Shown in pieces: positions 41,087-50,183 of a stretch of 64,000 nucleotides of DNA. The stretch spans positions 65,705 through 129,704 of the forward strand of contig JAICXJ010000001.1 in NCBI GenBank assembly GCA_025980465.1, given 5' to 3'. A model generated the notes under the pieces. It saw nothing but the letters and a program-made list of their open reading frames with translations, was not told the origin of the DNA and did no database searches. This DNA comes from Frankiales bacterium (GTDB taxonomy: Bacteria; Actinomycetota; Actinomycetes; JAFAQI01). The position numbers and the translations under genes are program-made. How positions within the stretch are numbered: the stretch's first letter is position 1; each line of letters opens with the position of its first letter.

Positions 41087-41836
41087 TCATTCGTGAGCCG
41101 CGACGGACAGGAACGGCGGCGGTTCGCCACCGCCGTGGACCGCAAGGTCGGCACCGGTGACGAACCCGGCCTCCGGCGAAGCGAGGAACAGGCAGGCGCC
41201 GAGCACATCGGCCGGCCGTGCCATCCGCTTCATCGGTATCGTCTGCCCGACCCGAGCGATCCCGGCCTCGTCGCCGTAGAACAGCGCAGCCTGCTCGGTC
41301 TCGAGGTAGCCGACGGTCACCATGTTCACCCTCACCGCGGGCGCCCACTCCATCGCCAGCGATCGGGTGAGGTTGCCCAGCCCCGCCTTTGCCGCGCCGT
41401 ACGCCGCACTCCCGGGTGAGGGCCGGGCGCCGGACAGGCTTCCGATGTTGATGATCACGCCGCCGCCGTCCTGGTCCTTCATGACGGCATACGCGGCCTG
41501 GGCGACGTAGAACGGCGCGAGCAGGTTGAGCGCGACGATTTTCTGGATCAGATTGGGGGATGCCTCGGCAGCGGGAGTCGGGGGCGTCCCGCCCGCGTTG
41601 TTGATCACGACGTCGAGCCGGCCCCATCGTTGCAACGCAGCGTCGACGACGGTCGAAGCCGACTCCGGATCGCGCAGATCCGCTGCGACGAAGTCATCGA
41701 CCGCCGGCTCCGGCGCCGATCGCGCGCAGATCAGCACCTGTGCACCGGCATCGCGGAAGCCTTGCGCCAGGCCACGTCCGAGCCCCTTGGTGCCGCCGGT
41801 GACGAGGGCGACTCGGCCGGTCAGGTCGACACTCAC
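41087..41836 (-). CDS. SDR-family oxidoreductase (Rv3549c/IpdF-neighbourhood type)
   Basis: TGGTKGLG and YGAAK motifs. Divergent from the echA20-like gene. Confidence 0.8.
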   Translation of the reverse strand: MSVDLTGRVALVTGGTKGLGRGLAQGFRDAGAQVLICARSAPEPAVDDFVAADLRDPESASTVVDAALQRWGRLDVVINNAGGTPPTPAAEASPNLIQKIVALNLLAPFYVAQAAYAVMKDQDGGGVIINIGSLSGARPSPGSAAYGAAKAGLGNLTRSLAMEWAPAVRVNMVTVGYLETEQAALFYGDEAGIARVGQTIPMKRMARPADVLGACLFLASPEAGFVTGADLAVHGGGEPPPFLSVAAHE

Positions 41837-41858
41837 CCGTATATGGTGACACCGAAAT

Positions 41859-41873
41859 CTGACGGTGTGTCAG
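41859..41873. promoter_or_regulatory. Palindromic operator CTGACGGtGTGTCAG (copy 7, degenerate right arm)
   Basis: In the divergent SDR / echA20-like intergenic region. Confidence 0.45.
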
Positions 41874-41907
41874 ATCGGCGCGAACGGGCCGGATCAGGAA
41901 GGCATTC

Positions 41908-42675
41908 GTGAGCATCACCACCTCGGTCAGCGAGCACGTCGCCGAGATCGTCGTTGACGCCCCGCCGGTCAACGCGCTGACGGTTGCCGGCTGGTTCTCA
42001 CTTGCCGAGGCGCTGATCGCCGCCGGCGAGAATCCCGACGTCCACGTCGTGGTGCTGGCGGCCGAAGGCAAGGGCTTCAACGCCGGTGTCGACATCAAGG
42101 AGATGCAGTCGACCGAGGGTTTCACCGCGCTCGTCGGCGCCAACCGAGGTTGTGCAGCAGCGTTCGCAGCCGTGTACGACTGCGCGGTGCCGGTGATCGC
42201 GGCGGTCCACGGCTTCTGCCTCGGCGGCGGCATCGGGCTCGTCGGCAACGCCGACGTGGTCATCGCCTCGGATGACGCGACCTTCGGCTTGCCGGAGGTG
42301 AAGCAGGGCGCGCTCGGCGCGGCCACCCATCTCGCTCGGCTGGTGCCGCAGCATCGGATGCGGCAGATGGTCTACACCGCAGAACGCGCAACCGCGCAGG
42401 AGCTGGCGGCGTACGGGTCGGTGTTGAAGGTCGTGCGGCGCGACGAGCTCCGGTCGGCCGCGCGTGAGGTCGCACTGCAGATCGCCGCGATAAACCCGGT
42501 CGTGATCCGCGCCGCGAAGGCGTCGCTCAACGGAATCGACCCGGTCGATGTCAAGCGGTCGTACCGTTTCGAACAAGGCTTCACCTTCGAGCTCAACCTC
42601 ACCGGCGTCTCCGACGAGGCGCGCGACTCGTTCGTCGAGCGGCGCGACGGCTGGGAGAAGACTCCCGATGCCTGA
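41908..42675 (+). CDS. echA20: enoyl-CoA hydratase EchA20-like (HIP degradation)
   Basis: Crotonase fold. Immediately followed by the ipdAB CoA-transferase subunits, as in Mtb Rv3550-Rv3552. Confidence 0.75.
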   Translation: MSITTSVSEHVAEIVVDAPPVNALTVAGWFSLAEALIAAGENPDVHVVVLAAEGKGFNAGVDIKEMQSTEGFTALVGANRGCAAAFAAVYDCAVPVIAAVHGFCLGGGIGLVGNADVVIASDDATFGLPEVKQGALGAATHLARLVPQHRMRQMVYTAERATAQELAAYGSVLKVVRRDELRSAAREVALQIAAINPVVIRAAKASLNGIDPVDVKRSYRFEQGFTFELNLTGVSDEARDSFVERRDGWEKTPDA

Positions 42676-43549
42676 CAAGCGAATGACCGTCGAGGACATT
42701 GTCGGTGAGCTGCGGGACGGCATGACGATCGGAATCGGCGGCTGGGGTTCCCGCCGCAAACCGATGGCGGTGGTCCGCGCCATGCTGCGATCGTCGCTGA
42801 AAGACCTGACCGTCGTGTCGTACGGCGGACCCGACGTCGGGCTGCTCTGCGCGGCCCGGATGGTGCGCAAGGTCGTCTTCGCGTTTGTCTCGCTCGACTC
42901 CATCGCGCTCGAGCCGCATTTCCGGATCGCGAAGCAAAACGGCGCCGTCGCCACCCTCGAGCTGGACGAGGGGATGTTCCTGCTCGGGTTGCAGGCGGCG
43001 GCCTGGCGGGTTCCGTTCCTGCCGACCCGAGTCGGCCTCGGATCGGACGCGCTCGAGAAGCAGGATGAGATCCGCACCGTCACCTCGCCGTACGAATCTG
43101 CCGATGGTGGGCCGGGCGAGGAGTTCGTCGCGATGCCGGCTCTGCCGCTCGACGTCGCGCTCGTCCATCAGAACCGCGCCGACATCGGTGGCAACGCGCA
43201 GTTCCTCGGCCCGGACCTGTACTTCGACGACCTGATGTGCCAGGCGGCGGCGACGTCGTTCGTCACGTGCGAGCAGCTCGTCGACACCGCCGACTTCGCG
43301 AAGCTCGGCTCCCCCCACACGCAGCGGATCAGCCGGCTGTGGACCGATGGCGTCGCCGAGACTCCCAACGGCGCGCACTTCACGTCATGTACGCCGGACT
43401 ACGAGCGCGACGAGGCATTTCAGAAGGAGTACGCCGCAGCCGCTGCATCACCGGAGGCCTGGCAGCAGTGGCGCGCCAACTGGATCGACATCTCGGAGGC
43501 CGACTACCAGGCTCGGTTGGATTCACGACGAGGGCTGGCGGCGCGGTAA
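42668..43549 (+). CDS. ipdA: CoA-transferase alpha subunit IpdA
   Basis: 3-oxoacid CoA-transferase A-subunit-like. 8-nt overlap with echA20. Confidence 0.8.
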   Translation: MPDKRMTVEDIVGELRDGMTIGIGGWGSRRKPMAVVRAMLRSSLKDLTVVSYGGPDVGLLCAARMVRKVVFAFVSLDSIALEPHFRIAKQNGAVATLELDEGMFLLGLQAAAWRVPFLPTRVGLGSDALEKQDEIRTVTSPYESADGGPGEEFVAMPALPLDVALVHQNRADIGGNAQFLGPDLYFDDLMCQAAATSFVTCEQLVDTADFAKLGSPHTQRISRLWTDGVAETPNGAHFTSCTPDYERDEAFQKEYAAAAASPEAWQQWRANWIDISEADYQARLDSRRGLAAR

Positions 43550-44280
43550 TGACGACTCGGGCGGATGTCTGCGTGATCGCGGTCGCGGAGTGTTTTCGCG
43601 GTGACGGCGAGATCGTCGCGAACCCGATCGGCACGATCCCGCGGATCGGTGGCCTGCTGGCCCGGCGGTCGTTCGAACCTGACTTGGTCATGACCGACGG
43701 CGAGGCGATGTTCACCGACGCGGCAGGTGCGATCGAGGCGTGGAACCCCTACCGCACGATGTTCGACGTCGTCTGGTCCGGTCGACGTCACGTGATGATG
43801 GGCGGCTCGCAGCTCGACCCGATGGGCAATCACAACTTCGCCGCGATCGGCGACATGAAGCGCCCGAAGTCGCAGCTTCTCGGCTTCCGCGGCGCGCCCG
43901 GCAACACCGTGAACAACGTGACGTCGTACTGGGTCCCCAACCATTCGCCGCGGGTGTTCGTCGAGACGGTCGACGTCGTCACCGGGGTGGGCTACGACCG
44001 GGCGGCCGCGGCCGGGCCCGCAGCGACCCGCTTCCACGCACTCCGCCGGGTGGTGACGAACCTGTGCGTGCTCGACTTCGAGACCCCAGATCACCGGATG
44101 CGCCTTCGGTCGGTGCATCCGGGGGTGGCGGTCGAGGAGGTCGTCGCAGCCACCGGTTTCGCGCTCGCCGTGCCGGCCGATGTCCCGACCACCCGCGAGC
44201 CGACCGAGGCTGAGTTCGTGATCCTGGCCGAACTCGATCCGAAGAACACTCGCGGCAAAGAGGTCCCCGAGCCCGAATGA
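43549..44280 (+). CDS. ipdB: CoA-transferase beta subunit IpdB
   Basis: Beta-subunit-like. Start MTTRADV overlaps the ipdA stop. Confidence 0.8.
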   Translation: MTTRADVCVIAVAECFRGDGEIVANPIGTIPRIGGLLARRSFEPDLVMTDGEAMFTDAAGAIEAWNPYRTMFDVVWSGRRHVMMGGSQLDPMGNHNFAAIGDMKRPKSQLLGFRGAPGNTVNNVTSYWVPNHSPRVFVETVDVVTGVGYDRAAAAGPAATRFHALRRVVTNLCVLDFETPDHRMRLRSVHPGVAVEEVVAATGFALAVPADVPTTREPTEAEFVILAELDPKNTRGKEVPEPE

Positions 44281-45341
44281 CTCATCCCGCGCTGTCCACG
44301 CGGTTCACCGACCTGGTCGGTGTCCGTTACCCGATCGTGCAGACCGGGATGGGCTGGGTCGCCACCCCGCAGCTCGCGGCAGCGACATCCGCCGCGGGCG
44401 GCCTCGGCATCCTCGCCGCCGCGACCATGACGTACGACGAGCTGGCGACCGCGATCCGCGACGTCCGGTCTCGTACCGACGCGCCGTTCGGCGTGAACAT
44501 GCGGGCCGACCAGCCCGACGTCGCCAACCGGATCGAGCTGCTGATCCGCGAGGGCGTGCGGGTCGCGTCGTTCGCGATGGCGCCGAAGCAGGACCTCATC
44601 ACCCGGTTGCATGACGGCGGCGTCCTCGTGATGCCGTCGATCGGTGCGAAGCGCCACGCCGAGAAGGTCGCGGCCTGGGGCGTCGACGCGGTCCTGGTGC
44701 AGGGCGGCGAGGGCGGCGGCCACACCGGCGCCGTACCCACCTCACTGCTGCTCCCGCAGGTGGTTGATGCCGTCGGCGCCGACGTCCCGGTCGTTGCCGC
44801 GGGGGGCTACTTCGACGGGCGCGGACTGGTGGCAGCGCTCGCCTACGGCGCAACCGGCATCGCAATGGGCACGAGGTTCCTGCTGACCAGCGACTCACCG
44901 GTGCCGCAACAGGTCAAGGAGCTCTACCTGTCGAAGTCGGTCACCGACACGGTCGTGACGAAGCAGGTCGACGGCGTACCGCACCGGGTACTGCGCAGCG
45001 AGCTCGTCGAGACCCTCGAAGACGCCTCCACCCCTCGTCGGTTCGCCGGGGCCGCCCGTAACGCGATGCGCTTCGGCAAGGACGCCGGACTGTCCTGGCG
45101 CGACATGGTCCGCGAGGGGCTCGCCATGCGCAAGACCCAGGAGCTGTCGTGGAGCCAGGTGATGATGGCCGGCAACACCCCGATGTTGTTGCGTGCCGCG
45201 ATGGTGGATGGTCGCGTCGACCTCGGTGTGATGGCGAGTGGTCAGGTTGTCGGCGTCATCGATGATCTGCCGAGCTGTGCCGATCTCATCGACCGCATCA
45301 TCGCTGAGGCGGAGAAGGTGCTGACCGGCCTCGTCGGCTGA
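44277..45341 (+). CDS. ipdC: nitronate-monooxygenase-family FMN enoyl reductase (IpdC-like)
   Basis: NMO/2-nitropropane-dioxygenase fold. ATGA overlap with ipdB. Confidence 0.8.
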   Translation: MTHPALSTRFTDLVGVRYPIVQTGMGWVATPQLAAATSAAGGLGILAAATMTYDELATAIRDVRSRTDAPFGVNMRADQPDVANRIELLIREGVRVASFAMAPKQDLITRLHDGGVLVMPSIGAKRHAEKVAAWGVDAVLVQGGEGGGHTGAVPTSLLLPQVVDAVGADVPVVAAGGYFDGRGLVAALAYGATGIAMGTRFLLTSDSPVPQQVKELYLSKSVTDTVVTKQVDGVPHRVLRSELVETLEDASTPRRFAGAARNAMRFGKDAGLSWRDMVREGLAMRKTQELSWSQVMMAGNTPMLLRAAMVDGRVDLGVMASGQVVGVIDDLPSCADLIDRIIAEAEKVLTGLVG

Positions 45342-45377
45342 AGTGATTCATCAGGATTAGCGGGCAGGATCACGCTC

Positions 45378-46106
45378 GTGAGATCAGCGCGCCTCATCAG
45401 TGTCGTCCTTGCCGCCGGCGTATCGGTGGTCGCCGCCGGCTGCAGCAGTGGATCGTCGGCCCCCAAGGCGACCGGTACGACGCCCGCAGCGAGCCCGTCG
45501 TCCTCGCCGGGTAACTCATCGAAGCTCGACCTGCAACTCTCGCGGATGCTGCTGACCTCGAGCCAGGTCGCCGCGATCGGGACGCCCGTCATCACCCGGC
45601 TCTACAAGGGCGGCAACCAGGTCGCGAACCAGGTCACCCTCGACGCCTGCAACGGGCACTTCGCAAGCGAGTCGAAGCGGGTGGCGAGGATCCAGGTCGG
45701 CTACCTCGCCATCACCGGTCCGCTGGCCGGCCGTCAGGTCGCCAGCAATGAGGTCGTTCGCTACGCACCTGGGGGGACGATCGCCGCGTTCAGCGAGCTG
45801 CAGCAGGTCGCCCGCAACTGTCCGGCCCGGGTGCGGTTCAGCAAGACCGAGATCCAGACCAACTTCGTGATCCAGCCCAGCGCGCCGGGGCTCGGCAGCC
45901 GGCAGCTGACCGTGACCTCGTTGCTTCACGTCCAGCAGCAGCAGCTGTGGTCAGCCGCGGCGTACCTCTACAACGGCAATCTCTTCGACGGGGTCTACGT
46001 GTTCGGGCGGACCCAGGCTCAGGCGCTGAAGGCGGTCCGGCAGCTCGGACGTGCGGCGTACCAGCGGATGACCAGCGCGGCGGTGGCCGGCGGCCTCACC
46101 GTCTGA
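45378..46106 (+). CDS. putative lipoprotein
   Basis: Signal peptide with lipobox LAAGC, followed by a Ser/Pro-rich linker. Confidence 0.6.
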   Translation: MRSARLISVVLAAGVSVVAAGCSSGSSAPKATGTTPAASPSSSPGNSSKLDLQLSRMLLTSSQVAAIGTPVITRLYKGGNQVANQVTLDACNGHFASESKRVARIQVGYLAITGPLAGRQVASNEVVRYAPGGTIAAFSELQQVARNCPARVRFSKTEIQTNFVIQPSAPGLGSRQLTVTSLLHVQQQQLWSAAAYLYNGNLFDGVYVFGRTQAQALKAVRQLGRAAYQRMTSAAVAGGLTV

Positions 46107-46154
46107 ACCGCTGAAGGGCTTTACCCACCGGTTGGACAGGCCGATCTATCCAAG

Positions 46155-46505
46155 ATGAACCGGATGATCGTTGCTGCCCTCGGGCTCGCCGCCGTGGGGC
46201 TGACCGGGTGTGGCCACAGCGCCCCGGTCGCCGGAAAGGCGCTCGCCCAGCAGGCTTGCCTCGGCTCAGGCGCACAGGCTGCCGCCGACGCGGCGCAGGC
46301 CGCCAGGCTCAACCCGGCCTACGCCACGCTCGCCAGCGACGAGGCATCGCTCGCCGGCAACGAGTCGCAGCAAAACGCTGAGCTCTCCGACGGCACCTCT
46401 TCAGACAACAGCGGCTTGACCAGCACCACTGCGATCGGCACCAGCGGTGGCATCAAGGTGCTGACCGACTGCGTTTCGCTCGGTCTGTCCGTCACCCACC
46501 ACTAG
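46155..46505 (+). CDS. small putative lipoprotein
   Basis: Lipobox LTGC. Low-complexity Ala/Ser-rich body. Confidence 0.5.
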   Translation: MNRMIVAALGLAAVGLTGCGHSAPVAGKALAQQACLGSGAQAAADAAQAARLNPAYATLASDEASLAGNESQQNAELSDGTSSDNSGLTSTTAIGTSGGIKVLTDCVSLGLSVTHH

Positions 46506-46516
46506 AGCGGTCGAGG

Positions 46517-47137
46517 TCAGGTACGCCGGCCCGCCAGTGAGAGGAACTCGGCGCGGGTGCGCTCGTCGCGTCGTACCAATCCGGTGAGCGCACTGGTCAC
46601 GGTTGTCGCGCCTCGAGCCTGTACGCCGCGAAGCGTCATGCAGGAATGCTCGGCCTCGATGACGACGCCGACACCGCGCGGGCCGAGCTGCTCGTCGAGC
46701 CAGTTGGCGATCTGTTTCGTCATCCGCTCCTGCACCTGCGGCCGGCGCGCGAACATGTCCACGACACGGGCGAGTTTCGACAGGCCGAGGATCCGCTTGG
46801 CCGGTAGGTAGCCGACCGAGGCGAAGCCGGTGAACGGCAGCAGGTGGTGCTCGCACAACGAGGTGAACGGGATGTCGCGGGCGAGCACCAGCTCGTCGTA
46901 GTTTTCATCGTTGGCAAATGTCGTCAGCGAAAACTCGCGCGGAGTGAGCAATTCGGCGTAGGCGCGGGCGACCCGCCTCGGCGTCGCGGCGAGCGACGCC
47001 TCGGACGGATCCATGCCGAGGGCCCGAAGCAGGTCCGCGACCGCGGTCTCTGCCGCGACGAGGTCAATCCCGCCTTGCGGAGCGTGAAGCAGCGCTTCGT
47101 CGCCGGGCAGTCGGTCGAGTTCGGTGGTTGTTGTCAT
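46517..47137 (-). CDS. folE: GTP cyclohydrolase I
   Basis: FolE type I signature including the zinc-binding CEHHLLPF. Confidence 0.9.
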   Translation of the reverse strand: MTTTTELDRLPGDEALLHAPQGGIDLVAAETAVADLLRALGMDPSEASLAATPRRVARAYAELLTPREFSLTTFANDENYDELVLARDIPFTSLCEHHLLPFTGFASVGYLPAKRILGLSKLARVVDMFARRPQVQERMTKQIANWLDEQLGPRGVGVVIEAEHSCMTLRGVQARGATTVTSALTGLVRRDERTRAEFLSLAGRRT

Positions 47138-47709
47138 CAGTGCGGCTGCCCCGGAAGCACGTCGGTTTCGCTCTTGTGCCAGACCGGATGGTCACCCGCG
47201 GTCTCGACGTTGAACCCGTAGTCGTAGACCAGGCTGCCGCCGTAGGTCGCGCCGATGCTGACCAGCACGCCTGCCACGACCGACAGCACGACGATCAGTG
47301 CCGGTGCATACGGACGATGGTGGTAGCCGGTGAACCGCACGATCACGTCGACCAGCACGATCACGGTGACCGTGATCATCGTGATCGCGTGAGCGTTGAT
47401 CGTCCGGCGTGCCTGCGTCCCGGCTTCGCTGGACTTCCACCAGTCGATCGTTCCGGTGAGTGCGGCGAGCACCGACACGGCAGCGCCACCGAGCAGCGTC
47501 CAACTGCCGGCGAGGTACATCTGGCGGCCGAGCGCGTGGTGGCCGCCGTGCACCGCGACCGAGATGACGTCGAACACCGCCACGAACAGGTACGCCGTGA
47601 TCGGGATATCGGTCAGGGGCGGATGCAGCGGCTTGCCTGCCAGTCCGCGGAGGCCTTTGAACTTCCGCCCCTTCATCGTCAGGGCGGGTCGGAACGAGAA
47701 GTGCCGCAT
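47137..47709 (-). CDS. DUF2231-family membrane protein
   Basis: Multi-TM protein. The stop overlaps the folE start by 1 nt. Confidence 0.55.
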   Translation of the reverse strand: MRHFSFRPALTMKGRKFKGLRGLAGKPLHPPLTDIPITAYLFVAVFDVISVAVHGGHHALGRQMYLAGSWTLLGGAAVSVLAALTGTIDWWKSSEAGTQARRTINAHAITMITVTVIVLVDVIVRFTGYHHRPYAPALIVVLSVVAGVLVSIGATYGGSLVYDYGFNVETAGDHPVWHKSETDVLPGQPH

Positions 47710-47727
47710 GATGCGCTCCGGTGCTAG

Positions 47728-47751
47728 TATCGACAGTATTCGCTGTTGATA
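47728..47751. promoter_or_regulatory. Inverted repeat TATCGACAG-N6-CTGTTGATA (putative operator)
   Basis: In the 65-bp divergent region between the DUF2231-folE operon and the HTH regulator gene. An overlapping second IR is GTATTC-N10-GAATAC. Confidence 0.55.
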
Positions 47752-47774
47752 GAATACGAGGAGCCACCCGGGAG

Positions 47775-48458
47775 ATGTCAACGCCGACGGAGTGGGACGT
47801 CGCACATGTCCTCTCTGAGCCGACTCGGCGGGCGGTCTACGACGCGGTGCGCCGTTCCCGCGGATCGCTGACGCGCGACGAGGTGGCGAAGGCGACCGGG
47901 ATCAACCGACGACTCGCGACCTTCCACCTCGACCGGCTCGCCGAAACCGGCTTGCTGACCACCGACTACGCCCGGCCAACGGGCCGCCGGGGGCCGGGGG
48001 CGGGCCGGCCGGCGAAACGCTATGCGGCCGCGGCCCTCGAGTTGGAGCTGTCAGTCCCGCCACGGCACTACGTCTTCGCGGCGCGATTGCTGGCTCAGGC
48101 AATTGCCGGTGAGCCGACTGACGCCGTCGCCGGGTCGATGCAGGTTGCCCGCGCCGAGGGCGAGCGGATCGGGGCGGCCAGACGCAGCCCCGGCCGGCAC
48201 ACGGGCCGGCGCGACCGCAACGCCGCTCTCGCCGTCCTCGCCGACCTTGGATACGAGCCGGCCACGGACTCCGCTGGCACGCTCCGGTTGCGCAACTGCC
48301 CGTTCCGGGCGGTCGCCGACGTCGCGCCCGAGCTCGTCTGCGGGATGAACTGCGAACTGGTCGGTGGTGTTTTCGCCGGTCTCGGCATCGACACCGCCGA
48401 GGTGACGCTCGGCGGCGCACCGGGCGATTGCTGCGTCGTCGCGACCATCGCCCACTGA
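47775..48458 (+). CDS. winged-HTH transcriptional regulator (ArsR/SmtB-like) with Cys-rich C-terminal domain
   Basis: N-terminal wHTH (PTRRAVYDAVRRS...LTRDEVAKATGINRRLATFHLDRLAETGLL). The C-terminus has CPF...CGMNC...DCC. Confidence 0.65.
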   Translation: MSTPTEWDVAHVLSEPTRRAVYDAVRRSRGSLTRDEVAKATGINRRLATFHLDRLAETGLLTTDYARPTGRRGPGAGRPAKRYAAAALELELSVPPRHYVFAARLLAQAIAGEPTDAVAGSMQVARAEGERIGAARRSPGRHTGRRDRNAALAVLADLGYEPATDSAGTLRLRNCPFRAVADVAPELVCGMNCELVGGVFAGLGIDTAEVTLGGAPGDCCVVATIAH

Positions 48459-48512
48459 CCTCCTCCCCGCATGGATCAGCCGCATCGCCCTACCGCGTGA
48501 GAAAGTGCATCG

Positions 48513-49139
48513 GTGACAACCGAGACGCACTCGGACGTGAGACGAGCCAGCCGAAAGGACGCGCCGATTCTCGGCGATGCTCTCGCGGATGCGTTCGCCG
48601 ACGACCCGGTCTTCGAATGGCTGATCCCTGGCGGCGTACGAGATCGTCACGCCCGGTTACGCACCTTCTTCACCAGCATGAGCCGGGCCTACCTTCGCGA
48701 GGACAAGCCCTGCTACGTCGCCGGCGACGGCTCGGCTGCCGCACTGTGGGCGGCGCCTGGGAAGTGGGCGTTGCCCATCCGCGAGATGGCGATCGAGTCG
48801 CTACCGCAGGCGCTTGCCTTTCGCGGGCGCCTCCCGCGCGCGTTGCGTACCCAGTTGCAGGTCGAGGGACTTCACCCCAAGACACCGCCGCACTGGTATC
48901 TGGGCTACCTCGGTGCGCGCCAGCAATGGCAGGGTCAGGGTCTCGGCAGCCAGTTGCTCCGTGAGGTGCTCACGGAGGCAGACGCCGACGGCGCTGCTGC
49001 CTACCTCGAATCCTCCAATGAGCGAAACCTCTCGCTCTACCGGCGGCATGGCTTCACCGTTGTCGGTGAACACCGAGCTCTCGGCAGCGGACCCACGATC
49101 TGGCGAATGTGGCGCGATCCCGCGCCGGCTGAACGCTAG
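48513..49139 (+). CDS. GNAT-family N-acetyltransferase
   Basis: Acetyl-CoA-binding motif QGQGLGSQLL. Confidence 0.8.
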   Translation: MTTETHSDVRRASRKDAPILGDALADAFADDPVFEWLIPGGVRDRHARLRTFFTSMSRAYLREDKPCYVAGDGSAAALWAAPGKWALPIREMAIESLPQALAFRGRLPRALRTQLQVEGLHPKTPPHWYLGYLGARQQWQGQGLGSQLLREVLTEADADGAAAYLESSNERNLSLYRRHGFTVVGEHRALGSGPTIWRMWRDPAPAER

Positions 49140-50062
49140 GAGCCGGCCGGCCCGACGTACGGCGTCGGTGCCGCCCCTGACCGTTGCGCGGCGATCTCGG
49201 AGTTGATCCACGCCCGCATCCACGCCACATCGTCACCGACGACGCTGCCGGCGAGCCGGTACTGCCCGGCGTGTCCTTCCAGGAACGACGCGAGCTCCGC
49301 GACGCCAGTCATCTCACTCAGCGTCGCGGTCAGTGCCACGTCGTAGTGAGGTCGTCCCTCGGCGGCGGCCTTGAACGCTTCCTGCCGACCGATCAGCCGC
49401 GGTCGTGCGCTCCGCTCGAGCAACACCGCGAAGGCTGCCTGGTCGGCGGCACTCAACTGGTTCTGGTTGAGCTGCGCCTCACGCACCAGCTCATCGATCT
49501 GGACTCCGCTGGCGAGCGCGAGGCGGACCGGCACCCCGAGCAGCTTCACCTCGATGCCGAGCGCCGACTCGGGTCGGTCGGCGACCTCGACTTCGGGGAC
49601 GGTCGGCCCATTCCTGAGATCCCCGGGCGCCAGCTCCACCCACACCGTCTTCGCTACGTCGGTCGTGAAGTAGCCCCAGCGGTCGGCGAGTGCTGCGACC
49701 ATCATCAGCCCGCGCCCGGTCGTCCCCATGGCGAGCGGGTCCAGGATCTCGGGAACCGTCAGCGGCAACTGGTGCGGCCGGCCATCAAGTACGTCGAGCC
49801 GGGCGCCGTGCACACTGCAACGGACCGCGACCGTGAACGGCTCGCGTGAGTGCAGAATCGCGTTGGTTGCCAGCTCGGCCGTGCACACTGCGGCTTCCTC
49901 GCAGAACTCGGACCGACCCCACTCACTGAGAGCAGCCGTCACGAACCGACGCGCCACGCTCGCGCTGCTCGGCTCGGCCGGCAACGTGACCGCGCGCACA
50001 GTCTCGGCGAGCGCGTCCGACGAGGGCGAGTGGTACTCCCGCTCCGGGTGGCTGCTGCTCAT
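49136..50062 (-). CDS. ATP-binding protein with anti-sigma-factor-like (RsbW/HATPase_c) N-domain and uncharacterised C-domain
   Basis: ELATNAILHS...GRGLMMVAALADRWG is typical of RsbW-like HATPase regulators. Confidence 0.55.
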   Translation of the reverse strand: MSSSHPEREYHSPSSDALAETVRAVTLPAEPSSASVARRFVTAALSEWGRSEFCEEAAVCTAELATNAILHSREPFTVAVRCSVHGARLDVLDGRPHQLPLTVPEILDPLAMGTTGRGLMMVAALADRWGYFTTDVAKTVWVELAPGDLRNGPTVPEVEVADRPESALGIEVKLLGVPVRLALASGVQIDELVREAQLNQNQLSAADQAAFAVLLERSARPRLIGRQEAFKAAAEGRPHYDVALTATLSEMTGVAELASFLEGHAGQYRLAGSVVGDDVAWMRAWINSEIAAQRSGAAPTPYVGPAGS

Positions 50063-50183
50063 CGGCCACTAGCATGCCCTCTCGCGCGGCAGCCGGCACG
50101 GCAGGCGCGCCATACGGACGACCCACGATGCCCATCGCCGTTGCCGGCTACGACCTCGAGGACCACGGCTCCGGGCAGCGTGC

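Noticed and set aside
40365-41627. A 420-aa ORF extending the TetR gene across the whole SDR gene.
   Set aside because: The extension is antisense-frame low-complexity over the SDR CDS. The TetR HTH sits at the expected distance from the GTG at 40973. The palindromic motif would otherwise lie inside the coding sequence.
41837-41907. Search for a KstR2 box (AnCAAGnnCTTGnT) in the echA20, ipd and SDR promoters.
   Set aside because: No match found by eye; only the CTGACG-N3-CGTCAG palindrome is present. Recorded as a negative result rather than a feature.
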